Shown: in pieces, positions 19,296 to 25,000 of the stretch
Numbering within the stretch: the stretch's first letter is position 1
Layout: each line of letters starts with the position of its first letter
Notes under the pieces: generated by a model
What the model saw: the letters and a program-made list of their open reading frames with translations, nothing else
Database searches by the model: none
Told to the model about the DNA's origin: nothing
Source: Takakia lepidozioides
Lineage: Eukaryota; Plantae; Bryophyta
Assembly: GCA_030704615.1 (NCBI GenBank)
Contig: JAKLZA010000038.1
Span: forward strand, 1 to 25,000
Direction of reading: 5' to 3'
DNA: 25,000 nt
Translations under genes and position numbers: made by a program

Positions 19296-21389
19296 TCGAC
19301 AATTTTGCCTTTTCTGCACAATATCAAATGACACTGGCAGAGAGGAGAGTTTGGTTCATCTGTCCCAGGTGAAATGCTGTAAACTCGTCGCGATGAGTGG
19401 ATTGCAAGTAGCGAGTCCTTTTCAATCAGTGGATGGGAGTTTCTTGGAACACCTGGACTGCAGGAGCAATCCCAACTCTCAAGAGTGACTTGCCTGTATT
19501 GATGTATGAATGACGAAGATCGATGCTCTCCTTTTGAATGTGTAATACCTGCCCGTGTACCTGTCAAATGCCTCTGCCAGTAGCCATATGGGCACTGTGG
19601 TGCCTTCGTTGTGAGCAAATGTCGTGCTGCTTTGGTAGTTCATTTTGCTGTCTTAACAAGTTTTGGTGCAATGGTAAGCAAAACAGATACTCTAGTGCTT
19701 CTCTTCCATATACTGAAATCAGGATCATTTTCTACATCAATGATTTTTGCCAGAAGCTTCTCCTCTTCAGGCACAGGGCTGCCTGTTGGAAGTTTTGTCC
19801 GCTGGGTTGTCTCCGGTTCACAGTGATCAATGCAGGCTTTTTAGGTCTCAAGCCGTATTTCACTCAACACTTCCACAAATAAATGGTGTAGGATTGTGGC
19901 ATCCATGGGCTTCCTCTCACCAGCAGTTCTTAACATCCTGGGTTGTGAAAAGCTTGTTTCCAAGTGATGGCTTCCAATTCGGGAGATTCACCAACTTTAT
20001 ACAGTTGTTGTGCAACTGGTTGGGAGGCCAGGTTTCTGGGAATGGGAACCAGGGAAGCAGTTCAAGGTGTTGTACTGCCATACTGCAATTTGATTTCAGT
20101 GGGAGAGTCCTGGTCTCGAGGCGGTGGAGGTTTCACTGCTGCAAATGTTCTGAAGATGGTGAATGTAGGTGAGCCTTGCACCAGCAGCGGGCTACTGGAA
20201 TAAGTAACTCAAAAGCAAGGCAACTGCTATACGGAAGGGTGGGAATTGAAGACCCTTGAAGTTCATGGATCAGACTCAATTTCAAGGAAACACCCCTCTG
20301 ACACAAATAAATCAGCTCAGTAATTGACTGTTTTGCATGTGCAAAGACAATTACTTGGTATATCTATCACCTAACTACTCTGCTTCTTCTAGAACTGCCA
20401 CTTTATGATGAAATATCCAACAAACCTCAACTGCTGTACCACTCAGTCATGTGGGTTTCTAATCCTATCAACTGGGGGTTTATATGTTGTTGGATGCTTT
20501 TCTCAATTTGTGGTCCTGGCTGTGAGGGGGACTTCTGGACCCCTGAGGTGTTAGGGAAAGGTGGAGGGGAGACAAGGAAAGGAAATTCTGTCTACTGTAA
20601 TACATGCAAGGTTAAGGTTTCTCTTATGTCCAGTGGAATTACAGAGGCTCCTGCCCACCCCAGAGCCCAAGGTCGGTTGAAGGCACATGTAGAAGGATTG
20701 AACACGGGATGAAGGCACAAGCATGCAACCTCTAAGCTGTCTGCACACATAAAGAGTGCAGGTTTTGAGCCACGCTGTGCGATATTTGATATTGGTTTAA
20801 CTGGAAGTTTTCCATTTGTAGCCAGCCTTGTTGACTTAGCAAACGGGCTGCAAGTTGTTCATAAACCCTTCTCAACCTGCAAACTCTGGAACCTTTCAAA
20901 CTCTAGAAAAAGATTCGCAGCACCTTGAAGAGATTGAAGTAAAAGCTGTGGGTTTCCATGTTAGAAAATTTAATTTTTTTTTGATTAACAATGCTCAAGG
21001 TTAGCACTGTCTTGACTTGCTGATTTCTTCTTCATAAATTCTGAACTCATTGACAAGATCACTTTGATGAACTGAGTTTGCCTGTTCAATGATCTACCTA
21101 CCCTGCTGGTGCAATAAACTTTGTTTGCAAATCAGTTTTATTGCATTTGGAAGTTACATCTGTGGTGTATTTACAACGCCATATAAATCAGTATTGTCAA
21201 ACAATTGCAAGGATCACCTCTGCCCTATACTTGGAAAGCGCCTGGCCTGTCTTGTGAGTTCTAAGTTGGCCAAGTTTAGTGTCACAGTTGGTATCCAAGG
21301 TTACAGTTTCTTTGTCCCTATCTAGGGACCGGTTGGTTTCAAATCAACACAACACTCCAATGTTCAGTACTCTGTGAAGGAGCCGACTA

Positions 21390-23753
21390 CTAAGCAGCGA
21401 GCCATAACTCTCCGTCAACGAAGCTCACAGACTCGAATGGCGCAGCTTGTGCTGCTGTGAGATCATGAGACCATTTCACACGCCCAGCCGTGTTGGCTCC
21501 AGGACCCGAGCATTGGTACTGGCCGTAGTACACAGTCCTGGAAGAGGAAACATACGTCAGATCCTACATACAAGCCACACATTGTACTTGACAGAAAGGA
21601 CGTCTCTAGTGAACAGGCTTCCGGAAGCTAGAATAGGGAACTTCCCAAGTCTATCGCCATGTTGATTCAACTATGCATGATCTGTTTGAATCTGTCAAAC
21701 CCTCGTACACTTTGAGCCCATTTTTTCGTTCCCAGTCACCCCCTTCGTTGACCAGTAAGACACCGATGTAGGACTAGATCACCATAGACACTCGTATAAT
21801 TTCAAAAAGAGGTAAGGATTATCGCGGGATGCTTACTTTTCTCTGCTAGATATATCCCAGTCTTGCCATCCTACAGGGAGGATGAGGTCCTCGAAGTAGG
21901 TGCCGATGAACACCACTCTGGAGTAAGGACCCCAAGCACGGCCCAGGTAAATTGGTCCAGTTCCTGTCACGGTGCAATCCACGAAAGAGTAGCCTGTATT
22001 CTCTGAACCCTTGCTCCTCTTCTGAGCTGTTAGTGAACCAGTGTTGGGCTTGGCGAAAGAGTTGAGATGACAACCCTGCACAGAACATATGGACAGAGCA
22101 ATGTCATGAGGCGCCCATAAGCATTTGGAGGTGAAACTGCTTTGAACAATCTAGGACTGAGATACTATCTAGGTGACAACAAGTGTGAACATAGACTGTG
22201 CTTAAATTTAAGATAGATTTCTCTTTGTAAATGTCCTGCTGCTCTCACACAGACCCATACGTGCTCTCACTTGATATTGGATGTGGGAACAACATTCTAG
22301 TGATATCCGGACTGTAAGCTATACACACGCATAAGCAGTCTCATATGCTGGTTATCGAATATTCTGTGTCTTTACCTCATAGTACGACTGGCCATCGCCG
22401 AAGATGAAGTCGATGGACCCCTGGATGAAGCAGCTTTTGAAGTAATGGCGTCCAGCCTGATCATACAGCGTATCCTGAGCTCCATAGAATGAGCAGTCGT
22501 AGAAGGCAGCCTTGTCTCCCTTAATTCTGAAGGCAACGGCCTGTTTCCCCACAGCTCCGCCGGGTGGAGCGGGGGCAGAGTTCTGTGGTCAAGCACAGCT
22601 CTCAAACAGATTACAGAATATCCATGTCCCATCCATGTCACTCATTTCGAGCCTTCCCCTAGAATGAGCACGTATCCTTGCGTGGTCTACTGTATTGCCT
22701 CACAATCCGACGGGTATTGAAATTCCCATGTGGATAACATGCACTGGCCCCTTCGACTACATTGTGGAAACAAGGGTGATATGGCCAGCTCAACAAACAT
22801 CTCAAATTTCCGTCTCACATTCCTTACAGTAGTGTGCCAGTGACTGGAATTAATCACTGAAGCTGGGTTTTATGAAAAATACCTTAAACGAAATCCCTGA
22901 AGCAATGAAGTAGTCGGATTCTACAGCGGTAGAGGCACTCTTAGAAGTGCTGCCAGCACTGCCCGCGGTGTCGTCCCATACTAATGTTGTTTTGTCAGCT
23001 CCAGCTCCCTGGAATGTTACGTAAGGCTTTGTTTTTGGTACCAATATCTTCTCTCTGTATCACATCACATCCGCGTTTCTGGTGAGCGTGCATCCACAAT
23101 GTTTCCTATATAGCTCTGTCCTTCTCTTCCTATCTGTCTCTCTTCAGACCACCACCAGCCTATTCGCCACATGACACACAGGTATAAAATTGTGTACTTG
23201 GTGCGCAAATCTATGTACATATGATTTTTTGGGGCCACTCCCTCCTAATGCCAGATTCTCCTTTTGATTAAAACAAATGGCTGTTATACATTATTCGTCA
23301 TCTGTGGACTTCTCTTCAGCCACATGAACCACTCTAGACATATTTCATCATTGAAAGAATTCCGCAGCTGAGGATTGTCACTTACTTATAAGTTCCGGCG
23401 TTGATTTGAATCACAACCCGGTTTGAGTTGCCGTTGGAGATGGAATTAACGGCCGCTTGAACTGTCTTGTACTGTCCTTTCCCTGCTTGATCAACAATGA
23501 TCACTTTGCCTGATGCAACTGCGCGCTCAGTATGATCCTTTTCTGCAGTAGAATCAGCAGCTAGCTGTTGCTTAGCGGCGTGCTTCTGGCCAACCCGATC
23601 AACCCACCCCCAAAACTCATCTGCAACTGCCTTTTTAACGGAGGCCTTATGTTGTTTCGGACTCTGTTTCGAGAGAGCTGGATGAGGATATACGACTAGT
23701 AAAATTCCTAGTAGAAATACGACACATAACAGATTACTACTGGACCTGCCCAT
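21390..23753 (-). CDS. PME: Pectin methylesterase (pectinesterase, CE8), no PMEI pro-domain, secreted, 377 aa, 5 coding exons
   Basis: Exons 23753-23386, 23054-22883, 22582-22376, 22075-21837 and 21537-21390, all with GT-AG boundaries and matching phases (1134 nt in total). Hydrophobic signal peptide ([15 protein letters not shown]). Motifs GTYKEK, QAVA, QDTLYD, IDFIFG, YLGRAW and [12 protein letters not shown]. Confidence 0.96.
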
Positions 23754-24059
23754 CTGAAAAACCCAACCTGCAGACCAGCTTAGAATCGATTCTCGAATGA
23801 CACTCCTACGAAGCTTTCTCGGTAGACGCAAGCACCTGGGGAGTGCACGTAGTCAGCTCAAAATTGGCGACTGTGCAGACTACCACTCTCTCTCTTTCTT
23901 CAGGTCTGTCTGTCTAAGATTGCAATATACCTATGGATATATCCACTCTTTCACTCTCTCTCTCTCCTCTCTCCAAGTGATGCTGAGGTGATGCTGGGGA
24001 GGGGAGGAACAGAGCACTCTAGCACATCGGATGAAGTGAATAGCAAGCTAGGCTAGCAG

Positions 24060-24066
24060 TATATAA
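24060..24066 (-). promoter_or_regulatory. Possible TATA box of the PME gene
   Basis: TTATATA on the minus strand about 310 bp upstream of the ATG, followed by a GA-rich leader. Based on position only. Confidence 0.35.
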
Positions 24067-25000
24067 GTGCGAGGCTTGGACATAGCAGAAGGGATGTGCG
24101 TGGCCATAGCCAGGGATCCAGGAACCCCAATTTAGAAAGGGGCCCCACGGTGGGCAGGCATCTGCAAGTTCGCATGAGCTTCATCGCTTTGTCAAACAAA
24201 TGATGCCCCGCGGCACTACACTTTCTTCCCCATCTCCCCGTCATCCCCCCCCTCAATTCCAGTCTCGCGTTTTGACTGCCACACACAAACCAACTTTTTC
24301 AAGCCCGCACGATGCCCACTATCTTAACTTAACCCGGGGTTAAAGCGCTCTGCAGCTCTGGTCTAAATTTGTTGTGCCCCATTATTCAAATACGTTTGCA
24401 TGCCCAACTGCTCCTCCATTTCTTTTCATTCTCTCCCCTTTTTTTAGCCTGCCCTCCCTTATTAAGCTTGCTTTCACTTCACTCTCAACGGATATATATT
24501 TTGCTATATATATTTCAATTAATAAATTAATAAATCAGATCCTCTTGAACGAAGCTGCAGAAAATGAAACCCATTTTCTCAAGGAAAAAGGAAAAAGTAA
24601 AAACAAAAATAAAAAAGAATGAGAATACACATATGTACAAGTTGTTTTCTCGGGCAGTCTAGTAGTCAAGTGTGACCATGGTTAGTTTGGTTGACCTGAG
24701 AGAGTGGGATACAGCGTGCCAGCGGCTTGACCGGTAACCGGGGTGACCGCCGCGGAAGTAGCGCGCTGCCAGCTGCGTGCAACAGGCTGGTGACCGGCAA
24801 ACGGCGATGGGCACGCACCAAGCGGAGCGCACGTTGGGGCACGCGCCTTCATGTGCCCAGCCTGTCCCCCAACGGCTCCCTGTCCTTTCTCGCCGGAATC
24901 TTCCGCCCTCCACCCTGAAGGTTCAGGCGAGACCTGCCCTGCATATATCAGGGTGCCGACAAAGCCTTTTTGTGTTTTTTTAATTTGTTCTCGGTTTTTT

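Noticed and set aside
23754-23831. Upstream TTG-initiated extension of the PME ORF
   Set aside because: The signal peptide begins right after ATG 23753, and the preceding TTTTCAG looks like a 5' UTR intron acceptor or plain leader.
24650-24983. GC-rich short ORFs at the right edge
   Set aside because: No recognisable domain or splice pattern. Probably upstream regulatory or repeat sequence that cannot be resolved here.

Overview
Eukaryotic, land-plant sequence. The presence of a pectin methylesterase, a DCD-domain gene and GT-AG introns supports this, but I cannot assign the species. The left 14.5 kb is a transposon cluster dominated by one clade of L1/Tx1-like LINEs. It holds a minus-strand relic split by a solo LTR with a 5-bp TSD, an RT relic cut off by an inverted-repeat element, a near full-length but disrupted ~8.5 kb LINE, and a 5'-truncated diverged relative. 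The right part has an intronless ~1016-aa DCD-domain gene (+) facing a 5-exon, 377-aa pectin methylesterase (-). The most notable signals come from comparing the two LINE 3' ends. Both carry a small peptide, conserved through synonymous codon changes, in the +1 frame just after the ORF2 C-terminus (candidate ORF3). Both also carry a set of 3'-terminal hairpins with compensatory base changes.
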